NCBI RefSeq assembly: GCF_009914755.1
Contig: NC_060941.1
DNA from: the human T2T-CHM13v2.0 reference genome, Homo sapiens
Strand: one strand, 5' to 3'
DNA: 64,000 nucleotides
Program-made: the position numbers and the translations under genes
The notes under the pieces: generated by a model
Seen by the model: only the letters and a program-made list of their open reading frames with translations
What the model was told of the DNA's origin: nothing
Databases searched by the model: none
In this document: positions 1 through 15,093 of the stretch, piece after piece
How positions within the stretch are numbered: position 1 is the first letter of the stretch
Layout: each line of letters starts with the position of its first letter

Positions 1-446
1 ACCCACCAGACAGAATGTGTGTGTTGGGAAAAGGGGCCAAGCACAGCCAATAGATTGTGGGGGTTGTGAGCACGATTCAGTCCTGAATTCCACTTCTGCT
101 GAGGACTCCTGGGTCAGCCTGAGTCAGCTGGATGCAGTTCCAACACTGACCACTAGAGAGAACCAACCCCACACTTTGCTCTCCCCTTTCCCTGAGCATT
201 GCTGGGGCTCCCCCAGGTCCCTGGGGACGAAGAACCCAGACTCAAGGTATTGCCCCAGCTCCTTGGACTTGCAGCAGAGACACAAACCAAGAAACAGAAA
301 TCCCGGGAGCAGACACGGACCACAAGCTCTTCCTCCCATAGCCCTGAAACCATCAGAGAATCTCAAAGTTAGAAGAGCTCTTGAAGATTTGAGTCTCTTC
401 CTCAGCTTTGGAACTCAGAACACATCACGCCGAAAGATGCTCTATC

Positions 447-869
<423 letters not shown>

Positions 870-1039
870 TCACATCTGACCTGCCACTTGTCTTGTGAAG
901 GAGGTATTATTTTCTTCCGATTTCACAGATCAAGAGACTGTGGCTCAGAGAGACTGATTGCATGAGCTACCTCAGCCAGGGCAGCAGATCTCCACAACCT
1001 TGCTCTTCCTACATTGCGTCATTTAAAGTCCTTTCTCCA

Positions 1040-1388
<349 letters not shown>

Positions 1389-2059
1389 TTATTTAGTTAT
1401 TTTAGCTTCTTCCATGTTCCTCCAATCTCAACTGGGGCAGGGAGCCCCCATGACAGGGCCTTTTTGCTAGTGCCGGGGACTTAGATGTGGATTTTCGGCC
1501 ATGGAAGAAGTCTCCAGCCTCCCTTAGGAATGAGGGTGGCAGGGGCCCTAGTTGGGGACCACTGCATAACTCTGCAGGTGGACACAGGGGTGGCGAGGCT
1601 CCCCAGACAGGTTACTGCCATGAACACGTGGGACCAGCCAGGGCAGGGGAGTGTCTCCTCTTACCTCTCCATTTCTGTTGACCCAGAATTATGGTGACTC
1701 AGAGGACTCTAGGGACCCCTGGGGAAACACCTTTACAAGGGGTTACTGTGGTAACCATGGACCAGAGGGAAGAACTGAGGCCCACAGGTGTGGGTAGAAG
1801 TCGGTGATCGTTTTCTCTAGTCTAGATCTTCCCAGAGCCTTGAGCAATGGAGACCATGTCTATCATTAATTGCTAGTAAAAAATCAACTTTGAATTAGAC
1901 TTGGGATTCTCCTAACAGTACTGGGAAGTCGCCCACTGTTGGGGCATCACTTGAGGCCAGATCCCTGGTTGCTGCAGGCTGGAGCCTCTCCCCACATGGC
2001 CAGTGGGGAGAGGCTGGGCTTCTCACCTCTGGTGTCAGCCTCAAAAGGCTCAGGAAAAG

Positions 2060-2350
2060 TTGGGCACACGCCTGTAATCCCACCACTTAGGGAGGCCAAG
2101 GTGGGTGGATCATGAGATCAGGAGTTCAAGACCAGCCTGGCCAAGATGGTGAAATCCCGTCTCTGCTAAAAATACAAAAATTAGCCAGGTGTGGTGGCAG
2201 GCGCCTGTAATCCCAGCTATTCAGGAGGCCGAGGCAGGGAATTGCTTGAACCCGCGAGGTGGAGGTTGCAGTTAGCCGAGATCACGCCACTGCACTCCAG
2301 CCTGGGCGACAGAGCGAGACTCTGCATCCAAAAAAAAAAAAAAAAAAAAA
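2060..2350 (+). mobile_element. Alu (AluS-like)
   Basis: Dimer with A tail; TSD aaa(g/a)gctcagga. Confidence 0.9.
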
Positions 2351-3727
2351 GCTCAGGATAAATCTCAGAATCATCTTGGTTCTTTTAAAGAACCTCCCTT
2401 TATAATTTAGGATCCATGAATTTCTCTGTGTGTTTGGAAGCCCTTCCTATGTCCAACCTCGACTAACTCTAGGGTTCTGTGTGCCTGCTGTGGAAAGTCA
2501 CAGATCTGCTGTTGATCCTAAAGTGGTGTCTTTCAGGCTTCAAGATCTCCTGTTAGGTTCAAGACTGTGGGGTTGAGGACGATCACATTTTTCGAAGCCA
2601 TTCTCACCGGTCTTAGGGATCGCCTCCAAGGGACTGGTGGGTGCTCCTTCCACTCTCACTTTGGTGATTTGAGGCGCACACTTCTCACCTGCAGCTCTGT
2701 TCTTTCTTCCTTGAGATCAGAGGCTGGTTATTGTACTGGGACATACTCTACCTCCTTTTGGCTTCTAATGTCCTTTCCATGAGTTTGCTACCGAGTCAAT
2801 TACTCGGCTCATTGGATTGAGGTCTTCAGAGAATATTATATGGGGATTCCCAAGGGCTCTCCTAGGGGAGGTGAGGAAGATGATCAATACTTCTGCGTGT
2901 CCACCATGTGCTTGGCACTCTACTGACCATGGGGATGTGAGTGAGGATACTGAGGCCCAAAGAGATAAGGTGGCTTGCCTGGAGCTCTCCCAGTTCCTAA
3001 GTGATGGCTTCTAAGGCCCCCCAGGCTTTCCTTCCATGCCAAGCTCTTTAGAAACCTCATCTAGTAAAGATGGTGGCACTACTAGGCATGGACAAAACTT
3101 GCCTCAGTGCAAAGCTAGCAGGACAGGGGTCAAGTCCCTGCACAGAGGATGTTCAATGAAGATGGGGGGAATTGAACACAAGGAACTTCAGCCACAGAAT
3201 GAGGTGTCCATAGGCATTAAGGAAAGTGGTAGAAAAGAAGCACCCAGCATAGCTCGGGTTAGTGAACCGAGGCACTTCATGCTGCATATTTGTATTGCAC
3301 GTTTCAGTGTACATCGTGTTTCACTTCCTGTATCTCGTTGGACCCTTCAGTTTGCCACATGATATGTCCAGGGGGTTCAGGCACGGAGGAAGGGCCTCGG
3401 AAGGCTTGGGGAGGAGAGGGGCAGACACTGCTGTGTATTGATGGGGGGATTGTTTGCACTGGTTGATGATCTCTGAACAACCAAGAAGTACACAAGGATC
3501 TACCTAACTTGACGTGCTAAGTAATTTCACATTGGGGATTATTCTCCAGGGAGACGATCCATTGATAGAGAAGTGAAAAGCATCGAGATGTGTCTAGTAA
3601 TTGTAGGAAGTCTGGGGTGCTTTCCTGATGGGGTGCCCTCAGCTGGAAATAGCCTCTCCTTCCTTTGACCTGTCCTGTGGCTATTTGCAGACATTTTATT
3701 CCTCTTACCAGACTGTAAGCTCTTTGA

Positions 3728-4038
<311 letters not shown>

Positions 4039-4324
4039 GAGGCTGGATTTCTGCCTTTCGTCTATTCATTCATTCACTCATTCTTCTATTCATGCATTCA
4101 CCGATTCTACAAGTAGTTGTTGCCTATAACATGGGCCAGAGACTGTACCAGGCCGATGGACATATCTAGATAAACCAAAGACATGATCCTTTCTCTTCTG
4201 GAGCTAACAATCTACTGGGGGGGCAGAGAAAACATTTTACCATTACGTAATGTATATATATAAAATGGTAAAAAAAATTACATAATGTGTATATATATAT
4301 AAAATTGTAATATATATATACATA

Positions 4325-4651
<327 letters not shown>

Positions 4652-4770
4652 TAATAGAAATTTCTAATTGGGGACATTCCCATGAAGAAATTGCTAAGAT
4701 ATGGAGGGAGAGAATAAGCCAGGAGGTGAAGGGACGAGGCAGCTGCCACAGCCCCAGGCCCAGGAATTCA

Positions 4771-5299
<529 letters not shown>

Positions 5300-5724
5300 C
5301 TATACGGACTCATTAACTTACACGAAGTTCTGCCTTCCCCTCCTGCCACATGGGGAAAGTGGTATTAGGTCTGGAGGGGGGATGCCTTTTTTAAAAAATT
5401 GAAAATTATATTAGGATCAGTCTAAGTGTGTTTTAACAAACTACACTCTGATTTAAGTCAGGAGATAATGCTCATTAATTTTTGTCCTCTGCAGTCACCT
5501 GTTTCCAAGTAAAGTCTTTTGGGTGGGAGAGGCAGGTGTCCCAAGTGGAAGATTTGTGGTTGTTTGCAGCTGAGTCAATGGCAGGACCAGAAGATGACAT
5601 ACAAGGAGCAGCTTGTAGACCTGAGACACACTCAGGAATGTCACAGATGTGGGCTCTGAACCCACTTCTTGAGGTGATCCAAAGAGAGCAGACAGAGATC
5701 CCAAATACCATGTTCCGAGATGGC

Positions 5725-6327
5725 TTTTGTTGTTGTTATTGTTGAGACAGAGTCTCACTCTGTCGCCTAGTCTGGAATGCAGTGGCATGATCTCGGATCT
5801 CAGCTCACTGCAACCTCCCCTTCCTAGGTTCAAGTGATTCTCCTGCTTCAGCCTCCCCAGTAGCTGGGATTACAGGCATGTGCCACCATGCCTAGCTAAT
5901 TTCATTTCATTTGAGACGGAGTTTTGCTCTTGTTGCCCAGGCTGGAGTGCAATGGCGTGATCTCAGCTCACCGCAACCTCCACCAGGTTCAAAAGATTCT
6001 CTTGCCTCAGCCTCCCAAGTAGCTAGGATTACAGGCATGCGCCACCATGCTTGGCTAATTTTGTACTTTTAGTACAGATGGGGTTTCTCCATGTTGGTCA
6101 GGCTGGTCTGGAACTCCCAACCTCAGATGATCTGCCCGCCTCAGCCTCCCAAAGTGCTGGGATTACAGGTGTGAGCCACCGCACTGGGCCTAAATTTTTT
6201 ATTTTTAGTAGAGATGGGGTTTCACCACGTTGGCCAGGCTGGTCTTGAACTCCTGACATCATGTGATCCACCTGCCTCAGCCTCCCAAGGTGCTAGGATT
6301 ACAGGCATGAACCACCGCACCCGGCCC
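5725..6327 (-). mobile_element. Nested Alus (one Alu inserted into the middle A-rich linker of another)
   Basis: Outer right arm 5725-5900, inner Alu ~5905-6190, outer left arm 6191-6327; outer TSD gagatggcttt. Confidence 0.85.
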
Positions 6328-7168
6328 TGAGATGGCTTTAGAGGCCCCTCAGAGAAACCTCAGCCAGACCAGACACCTACTAAGGGACCCAAATAGCCAC
6401 CGTTTTTTGCGTTTTGTTTTGTTTTTCTCTCGTTTCCAATTCTGCTGGAAAAACACCCAAAACCTTGGGTCAGATCACCCCAACCCTAGCAGCACCTGCA
6501 GCAAGAGGGGAGGAAGTCAAGCTAGAATGGAGGAGGAACAAGCCTGTGCTTCAACCAGGGTCCCTGGGGAGCTGGCTGGATTCCCCCAGTGGGCAGTGAG
6601 GCATGTGCCCACCAGGGGCCTCAGAGCTGTGTTCTGGGGAGGGGGCAGGCAGAGGGGGCAGCTGTAGAGCTGGGGTCCTGGAGGGATGGCACAGTGGCTT
6701 CCTCTCGAGGGTGCTCAGAGGCCTCCTACTAGGCCTTGGCAAGAAGGGGTGGGGCCTTTGGGGCCTCAAACCTCGTGAATCATAGGAAAAGCAAATCCCC
6801 CTTCAAAACACAAACGTTTGAAGATAGCCAAAGTTGTCCCTGGATTCCCTCCTCCTTCGGTTCAGGGTCTTATTGCTGCAATGCCCTTCAAGAGGGGCGG
6901 CCGTGATGTAGTGGGGAGAAGGCTGGACTTGGAGCCAGAAGGTCTAGGTGTGATTTTGGCCAGTTATGGTAATTTCCCTGGGCCTTGATTTCCTTGTTTG
7001 TAAAAATCAGGTAGTGCAACCTTCTTCCAGGGACATCAGGCAGAGTGTAAATGAAGATGGAGGTGTTCAATCCAGTTTTCTTGCATTTAAGAGGTGCTCA
7101 ATACGTATTTGTTGGGCCCAATAAAAGCTTTTGGTTCATATTCTCTGTTCTGATTGTGGTGGTGGTGA

Positions 7169-7520
<352 letters not shown>

Positions 7521-7840
7521 TCAATTTTATTGTGATAATTTTTTACAAAACAATGTCCAGTCCAAATTCTTTCCCTCGGATGGGGTTTAGGATTCCCATT
7601 TCGCAGATGAAGCAACCTGAGATGTTTCTTGTCCCCACCATCAGTACCCAGCTATATTACCATTGCCTATGGCAGTTCTGGGGAGACAGACATGATGTCC
7701 CCCAGAGTGTAAGCCCTTAAAACAGAAAAACAGACCGGGGAGGGCTCCTACATTATAACCCATGAAGTCAAGCCCTTTGGGGGTGTCTGGTGGAGGGGCC
7801 AAGGTCTATGCTCAAATGATTCTCTGTTAACAAGAACTTC

Positions 7841-8180
<340 letters not shown>

Positions 8181-9524
8181 TCAGGGAAACTGAGTTGTTC
8201 AGAGGTGTTAAAAAGTCTTTAGGTAAAGCCAAGGCCTCCCCCAACCCAGGGCAGCCTCAAGCAGGTGGAGACCCTGCTTGGGGGAGAAGTGAAGCCTCCT
8301 CCCACCATCTACCCGGCTGCCTAGGTCCCTGGTGGAGGTAGGAGGACGGAATTAGTGCCACTATGCAAAGCAGCAGGAAAGGAAGGGCTCCGGCTCAGTA
8401 GAGGCTGATGCCAAAACAACCTGGTTCCCTCCAGCAGCCCAGAGACTGGGGAAAACACAGGGGCCGCCTGGCTTGGCCCAGCCTGGCCCAGGGTGGTGGA
8501 GAGATTTACCTGAAACTGCAGGCGTGGGGGCCTTACCCACCTGCCCCACCTGGAATTCCAGAGGGAATCTGGTGAAAATTGGCACTGTTCTCACTAGTTC
8601 CCCTGTGCTGGTCTTGATTCCCCAGTTAAACTGGCAGCTCCCACAGCATAGGTGCTCCCTTGCTGGAATTCAGAGCAGGAATAGCAGAGGGGCCTCGAAG
8701 GATTCCCTCCAGGGTCAACAGGAAGTGGAGCACAGCCTGGCTTGGGAGGGAGGCTTTGCACGTGCAGGTTGATTGCACTTGGTCTCCCAGCTGGCAGCTG
8801 TTCCCAGTACCTCCCACAGCTGGTGAGCTGGAGGGCCCTAGGGACCATTGTTTGAGGACCCTGGGGCCATAGGGGACCTCCGATATGAGGCTGGGAAAGT
8901 CTGAAGGGGTCCCCTGGCTAAGAACCCCAAAGCTTCACCATACAAAGCTCCACTCTTCAGGATCTCACTCTTGATGGCTTTGCATCAAGCTTTCCTAGGC
9001 TTCCTGGGAGGTGGGGGTGGGAGTGTTGTAGAGGCAGGGAAACCCCTACCCTCAGGGAGCTTCCAGTTTGCCTGGAGAACCAAGGCCAGTGTGAGTAGCA
9101 CAAGGCAGTAGCTAAGTCGCCGCTGCATAGGCTGGTCTGAGCAGGGCTTGGGCGAGGACCCAGGTGCTTTGGGAGGGCTTCCTGTAGGTGGAGGCAGAGT
9201 GGGACTCAATTGCCGCTTTTCGGCTGAATGAAGTGCAAGATGAGGGTGTCCCTGCTGAGGGGAAGGACAGGCCCAGTCACTGGCCAGCTGCTCTGGGTCC
9301 AGCTAGGGCCTGGCATGCAGCCCCGTTCCAGGGAGAAGAAACGGGGATGCGACCACAGGCTCCAACTGGGTCTTCGGAGAGGAGGGGTGGCTGTTACCTT
9401 TCCCACACCCTCGAGGGCTCACAGATGCCACATTCAAACAACAGAAGTGCCCACATAGATGTTCCTATCCACCCCAAACCCATAAGATGCCACGAGCCTG
9501 TGTGTGGTTTCTCAGGACACACCG

Positions 9525-9530
9525 TTTATT
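9525..9530 (-). terminator. CD79B polyadenylation signal AATAAA
   Basis: tttatt on + strand ~460 nt past the stop, followed by a GT-containing tract on the minus strand. Confidence 0.85.
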
Positions 9531-9990
9531 CCACGGGGGAAGGCACTGGAGGCCAGGGCCTCCCTGGGGTGGGAGTGGTTGCGGGAGAGGAATGATGTTC
9601 CTGTGGCTCTTCTGGGGCCCAGTTGGGTCCATGGCCCTTCCCAAGCTCTGCTGGGAGGCCCTCAGCTCCGAGTCCATTTGCGGGCTCTGGACCAGTCTCT
9701 GCCTCCCCCATCCCATGTGTGGGGACGGATCACCTCATAGCACCCCCAGAAGGCTGGGTCCCGTCCATCCCCAGAGAACTCCCTCCAAGTTGCTGCCCTG
9801 TTGTCCTTCTACTCCAGGCCCTTTGGCAAGAGCTGGGGACCAGGGGCTGGAGACAAATGGCAGCTCTGGTGGGCCAGCTTCAGAGGCCAGCTGGGGGGTC
9901 CGGGAAAGGGGTTGGGCCATGAGCCAGGCAGCTCCGAAGCAGTCACTGAGGCCAGGGAGCCTGCACCCAGGTCATGGGGCGACCTGGCTC

Positions 9991-10089
9991 TCACTCCTGG
10001 CCTGGGTGCTCACCTACAGACCACTTCACTTCCCCTGTCCGCAGCGTCACTATGTCCTCATAGGTGGCTGTCTGGTCAATGTCCAGGCC
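9991..10089 (-). CDS. CD79B: CD79B exon 6 coding part
   Basis: [35 protein letters not shown] at 9993-9991. Confidence 0.97.
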   Translation of the reverse strand, partial: GLDIDQTATYEDIVTLRTGEVKWSVGEHPGQE

Positions 10090-13024
10090 CTGGAGACATT
10101 AAGTGGAACTCAGGCCGGGACCACACCCCAACCACACCAGCAGATAGTGGCCACTGACCCCGAGGACTCAGAGCTGCTGGGCCTGCCCCTCTCCTTACCT
10201 CGTAGGTGTGATCTTCCTCCATGCCAGCCTTGCTGTCATCCTGGGGGCGGAGAGGGATGGAGATCAGAGTGTTAGTGTCCCCCAGCCCCATCCCCTGCTG
10301 GGCCAGGCTGGGGAGGGCCAGGGAGAGGGGTGAGGGGTCAGGAGTGAGGTGCATTCTGCAAGAACAGCTGAATGAAGGAAGGAAGGAAGGAATGATTGAA
10401 TCGGTGAGCCAGTGGGGACAGGCTGGACCAAGAAGGCCACAACGAGAGCTGGGGAGATGGAGACCCTGCATATGCCTGGCCTATGCGGTGGCCTCCTCTG
10501 CGGTCCCCCAAGGCTTCCCCCGTCCCCTGATCACCTTGTCCAGCAGCAGGAAGATAGGCACGATGATGAAGAGGATGATCAGCAGCGTCTGGATCATGAT
10601 GATACCATCCTTCAGCGTGTTCCTCTGCTTCAGCTGTGCCAAGGTGCTGAATCCTGCGGGGACAGGGGTGGGGTTGTGAGCCTGGGCCACAGTCCACCTT
10701 TTAGGCCTACAAGGGCAGCTCCCTCAGGTCCCAGTGGCTCTCCTGAGTGCTCTAGGGCCATGACCATCACCACAAGAGGCAGGCCGGGCTAGGGTGGGGC
10801 GGACAGCTACAGGAGCGTCCCAGCCACCTGGCACACACCCATGACTCGCAGCTCTGTGCCGCAGCCCTGGTAGACCTCCGAGGTGTTGTTGCACTTCTGC
10901 TGGCAGAAGTAGATGCCATTGTCCTCAAACCGGATGCCTTGGATGGTGAGGGTGGCGAGAGATTCGTTCTGGGACTCTTCCATGCGGCCCTTTTCCAGCT
11001 TCAGCTGCTGGGGATTCTCGTCCATCTCCTGCTTCCAGAGCCAGCTCACATTGCCGGAGGCGCTGTTCATGTAGCAGTGCATTTTCACCGTGAAGCCCCG
11101 TTTCCTGGCTATGAAACGTGGGCTCTGCCAGATCCGCGAACAAGCACTACCTGTGGGTGCCAAGGCCAGGCTCAGCATTCCGCTTGGCATCTTCCTGAGT
11201 GCCAGCCCCAGCAGCAGGCCCCTGCCCTGGCTGGCACAGACTCCCTGGGCTTAGTCCTTGCTTCTCAGGGTGTGGGACAGGCAGGAGGCTGAGGTTGGAG
11301 TTGGGAAGCAGAGCCACGTGAGAGGCTGAGCCACATGAGAAGCCACGGCCAAGCTCTCAGACTCCACCTCTTCCCGACTGCCCCACCTCCCCTTCGATTT
11401 TCCTTTGGAAGAGCCCTGGGACCTTGCCATTCCTTCCTATGCCCATTACAACAGCCTGACCCAGGCCACACCCCCAGGACCTGGAGGCCCACAGGCCTGG
11501 CCCCTCCTTTCACTGGGCTGCCCTGCACAGGCTTGAAATCCTCAGTCTCCCCCGTTCCTCCAGGGATAAAGGCCAAATTCCTAGTCTGTCAACTGAGACC
11601 TTCCTCAGTCGACCCCCTCCCTGCATGACTTCCCTCCATCATCCCCCTCTTCCCTCCTGCAGGGACTGGGTCCACTTCTTGTTCCAGAACCCTCTTTCCA
11701 GCTTCGACTGCCTTGTTCTTAGCGAGCACTGCCCGGGAATCCCTGAGCCCCTCACATAGTGACCCTGCACTGGAGGGCTCACCCGAGACTCAGCCAGATT
11801 CCCAGCTAGACAGGCCCGGGCCTGAGTCCTAGAGGAACCCCTAGGCTCCCTTGCTATGACCCAGAGTTTAGCCCAGCCCTTCAGTGGCCAAGGCTGGAGG
11901 GCATGTGTCTGATGAGGATGACAGTGGGCTGGGGGTGGGGCTCAGAGGAGATCCTAAGGAGGCCTGGGGATGGGAATCCTGGATGGGGAGATCAGGCAAG
12001 GGTGGGAAGGCGGACCGCCCCCAGGACAGGGACCATAGTCGGACACAGGACATAGTCGCACACAACTTGCCCTCAGAAGCGGCAGGCGAGGCTACTGACC
12101 TTTGGGATTCCGGTACCGGTCCTCCGATCTGGCTGCTGGTACTGGCTCAGCTGCTGGGTGGGAGGAAGTGGGCGGGGCCAGTCAGGGCCTCCTCTGGCCT
12201 GGGCTGCCCCACCCCTGCATGCCCTCTATGTTCCCGGAGCTACTTCCTCCTTCCATGACAGCAGCTTCAAGACCCCTCGGTCCTCCCTGCCCCCAGTACT
12301 TGGGAGACAGATATGGGGTGGGGGTACCGGAAGCCCTGCCCCCAGCCCCCTTTCTGCCTTTGACCCTCAGGGTGGCTTTGAGCAGGCATCTGAATGAGAC
12401 AGGAGGGACAGGGAAATCTCAGTATTTTGAGAGGCCAAGACAGGAGGATCGCTTGGGTCCAGGAGTTTGAGACCAGCCTGGGCAACATAGGGACACCCTG
12501 TCTCTCTCTTTTTTTTTTTTTAAAGAGAGACAGGAAGAAAGTCACAGCCCGGAGGATCTTTCACCTCCCAGAGGAGGGGACCACATTTGGATCTTGCATC
12601 TTCCAGGGTCCGGTTGGGACAGCCTCTCCCCTCCCGACCCCCAGGCACCGCCCTCAGCCTCTCTTCCTCCTGAGCCTAGTTCTTCCACGGTCCTGGTTGC
12701 TAACTCTGGTTTGCTCCTCATGCCCAGCTCAGCCTGATGCTCTCCAGGCAGGAGAGGAACTGGGGCCACAGGCTCCTGAGCCCATCACCACGTGCAGCTG
12801 ACACCCACAGACCCAGGCCCCAGGGCCATGAGAGGGAGACAGGCGGTAAAGAGTGAGAGACAGAGGAGGAGGGTGGAGCAAGCAGGAGGCAGAGCCGCAG
12901 GGCCCAGACAGCTGGAGATGAGAGCAAACCCCACAGGCCTCGTCGTGGGTTCTGTACCTGAGAGCAGCAGCAGCAACGCCACCATCCAGTGGCTGGGCAC
13001 AGGAGACAACGCCAGCCTGGCCAT
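9991..13024 (-). CDS. CD79B: CD79B, B-cell receptor Ig-beta chain (spliced CDS, 6 exons, 229 aa)
   Basis: Exons 13024-12958, 12150-12100, 11150-10839, 10653-10535, 10240-10199, 10089-9991 sum to 690 nt; all introns GT-AG. Protein [13 protein letters not shown]..., Ig-V domain, [27 protein letters not shown] (HTYEGL..TATYEDI), ends HPGQE*. Confidence 0.99.
10199..10240 (-). CDS. CD79B: CD79B exon 5 (first ITAM tyrosine Y196, wild-type TAC at 10204-10202)
   Basis: [14 protein letters not shown], donor gtaag. Confidence 0.97.
10535..10653 (-). CDS. CD79B: CD79B exon 4 (transmembrane)
   Basis: [40 protein letters not shown]. Confidence 0.98.
10839..11150 (-). CDS. CD79B: CD79B exon 3 (Ig-V domain)
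   Basis: [13 protein letters not shown]...YFCQQKC...GTELRVM, 312 nt. Confidence 0.98.
12100..12150 (-). CDS. CD79B: CD79B exon 2 (alternative acceptor gives exon start 12153)
   Basis: (A)[16 protein letters not shown], acceptor cagcag, donor gtcagt. Confidence 0.96.
12958..13024 (-). CDS. CD79B: CD79B exon 1 coding part (signal peptide)
   Basis: [22 protein letters not shown], donor G|gtacag. Confidence 0.97.
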
Positions 13025-13099
13025 GGTCACCGCTCTGTCCCCGACCCCAAACCCGTGACAACGTCCGAGGCTCCTTGGAGGAAAACGTGTAACTGCACC

Positions 13100-13370
13100 G
13101 GCTGCAGCCTGTCCCCTCCCCGCCTCTTCCTCACCAGGCCCCTTCCTGCCATGCAAATTGGGACCCAGGGGAGGCACCAGCTCTCCGGGGACCCTGGGGG
13201 AGGGCAGGCTTTTGTCAGCTGGGCCGCTAAGGTTTGGCGGTCGCCCAGCTTGGGCAGCACAGCTGGGGTCCTCTGTGGATGCCTCTGGGGGGCCTCTCAG
13301 TCTTCTGGGGGAAGCCTGTGCTCCCCTCTGTCTGTGCTTACCCCACCGGTGGTCATCCCCTGGGCCAGCC
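13100..13370 (-). promoter_or_regulatory. CD79B TATA-less B-cell promoter
   Basis: Perfect octamer ATGCAAAT at 13151-13158; ETS cores (cttcct) at ~13126 and ~13142; GC box at ~13113-13124; EBF-like CCCNNGGG sites at ~13162-13172, ~13190-13201 and ~13357. Confidence 0.85.
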
Positions 13371-14469
13371 AGCCTCCCCTCTGCCGTCTGCCAACTCCCC
13401 GAAGGGCCGAGCCCGGCAAGTCTCTATTCCTGGGCCGTGAGCGAAATAGGCACCTGTCCTATGAATGAACCTGAACTTAGCTCCTCTGTCCTGAACTATT
13501 CCTCACCCAGCGGGAAGAGGAGCACTGAAGAAGGACAGGGCAGCCACAGACCCAGGTCAGGCATCTGGAGGGGCCCAGAGCAGAGCCTCTTGGCTGGAGT
13601 GCAGGCAGCCATGTTGGAAGTTGACCCTGTGGAGGATGGGAGCCACAGAGGTTCTGGAGCAAGAGCAGGTCAGGTGTGGCAGCCACTGGGAGAAGATTCA
13701 GTCCAGGTCTTGGTGAGAGGCCTCCCTTCCTCATGCTGTGAAAGAGTATGTAGGGGCTGCCAAACAGGGTGGATGTAGGTGGAGACAGCTTTGCGAAAAT
13801 CCACCACGCAGCCACTGGGGGCTTCTTCAGGGAGTTCTTAACTGTGGGACTCTGAGTGCGTTGAATTGTTGTCTGCAGGTCCAGGGGGTCTTGGGCAGGG
13901 AACAGGAGCTGGTGTGGGGGAGCCCTCAGGTCCTCCAGCTGTATCCTGCCTGTCCTCAGAGTGCTGGATGGAGCCACAGTGCTCAGGAACTGATATAAAC
14001 TCACCTTTGCGCCCCTGCCCCTGGGTCCAGTGCAGCCCCTTCAGAGATGCCCTTGTGCAGGGCACAACATGCACAAGTGTACACAGCATGCTTGCAGACC
14101 TCAGCCCTGCAGCTGAGCCCTCTGAATTTTATGTTTCCTGGCAGCTTCTTTTTTGTCTCTCATCCTCGACCCCCAGGAGAGGAAGAGATGCTAAATCGTC
14201 GGTGCCCTCTGTCCACCTCTCACTCTCCTCACAACCCTCCGTTTTCCAGTCTGTGCTGGGGCAGGTCTGTCTGGATTTAGGGAGAAGCAGAACCACCTCC
14301 CATGCCATGGTTGGAAGGCAGAGGGTCTGGGTGGTCCCTCTTTAGATCTTGGCCTAGGCCTCGGACCTGATAAGGTGGGGGCCACTCTCAAGGGGTGCAG
14401 GCCAGGACCTGAGCCACGGAAGTCAGGGGCAGGAGGGTTAAGGTTTCATCCGAGGAACAGCCCGTTCCG

Positions 14470-14590
14470 GGCAGCCCCAGATGTTCTTTCTTGTTTCCAG
14501 ATGTTCCAAATGAAAAAACATTTCTCTGAAAAGCTGTCAGATGTTCAGTTCATGGAATAAACAGCTCAGAAATATAAACATCACCTGAGG
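14470..14590. promoter_or_regulatory. hGH locus control region HSI core: three Pit-1 (POU1F1) sites
   Basis: Minus-strand ATGTTTTTTCATT (14521-14509), TGTTTATTCCATG (14563-14551) and ATGTTTATATTT (14581-14570). They lie ~1.4 kb upstream of CD79B, the established position of HSI. Confidence 0.8.
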
Positions 14591-14943
14591 TCAGCTTGAG
14601 GCCCATGGGCCCGCATGCTGGTGAGGGTGGCTGGAGAGAGACTGACCCGGGGGGAGTGGGGCAAAATCTGGGAGTCTCATGGTTTAGGAAATACTCTTCC
14701 TGAGCCCCTAACGACAGAGTCCTTCATTAACTTTGGGGCTAGTGTCTCCCCAAAGTTGGGGGGTATAACTGGGAAAGGCTTGGGGCACACGTGTTTGTGG
14801 GGGGTGTGTGTGTGTGTGTATGTGCATGCTCACACAGGTGTGTTGCCTGGACCCTGTGGTGTGGGGCCTACTCTGGAGCTGGTCCTAGGGCTCAGCGGAC
14901 TGTAGGGGGCACGGAGGTTGGTGGGGGGCAGTTGGCACCCATC

Positions 14944-15093
14944 CTCAGGTGACAGGTGCGCTAAAATCTCAGAAATCACCACTAAAGAACTTATCCAGGT
15001 AACCAAAAAAACTACCTGTACCCCAGAAAATATTGAAATAAAAAATTTAAAAAAACAAGTGAGAAGCAGCTCCCACTCCAGGGAGGGAAGACA
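14944..15093 (+). repeat. ~150-bp direct duplicate of 18040-18192 (L1 3' tail plus unique flank)
   Basis: Shared ctaaaatctcagaaatcaccactaaagaa...ttatccaggtaacc...agctcccactccagggagggaagaca. Confidence 0.9.

Noticed and set aside
1-446. GH1 gene or its core promoter
   Set aside because: No GH coding sequence or TATA/Pit-1 proximal promoter is recognisable. By gene order GH1 should lie just outside the left edge.
2400-3700. Possible decayed pseudogene or ERV-internal sequence in non-Alu DNA (also 5400-5720)
   Set aside because: No recognisable protein or repeat motif by eye. It would need tBLASTx or Dfam searches, so it is not supportable here.
9487-10275. 262-aa plus-strand ORF
   Set aside because: Antisense to the CD79B last exons and 3'UTR in GC-rich DNA, with no recognisable domain.
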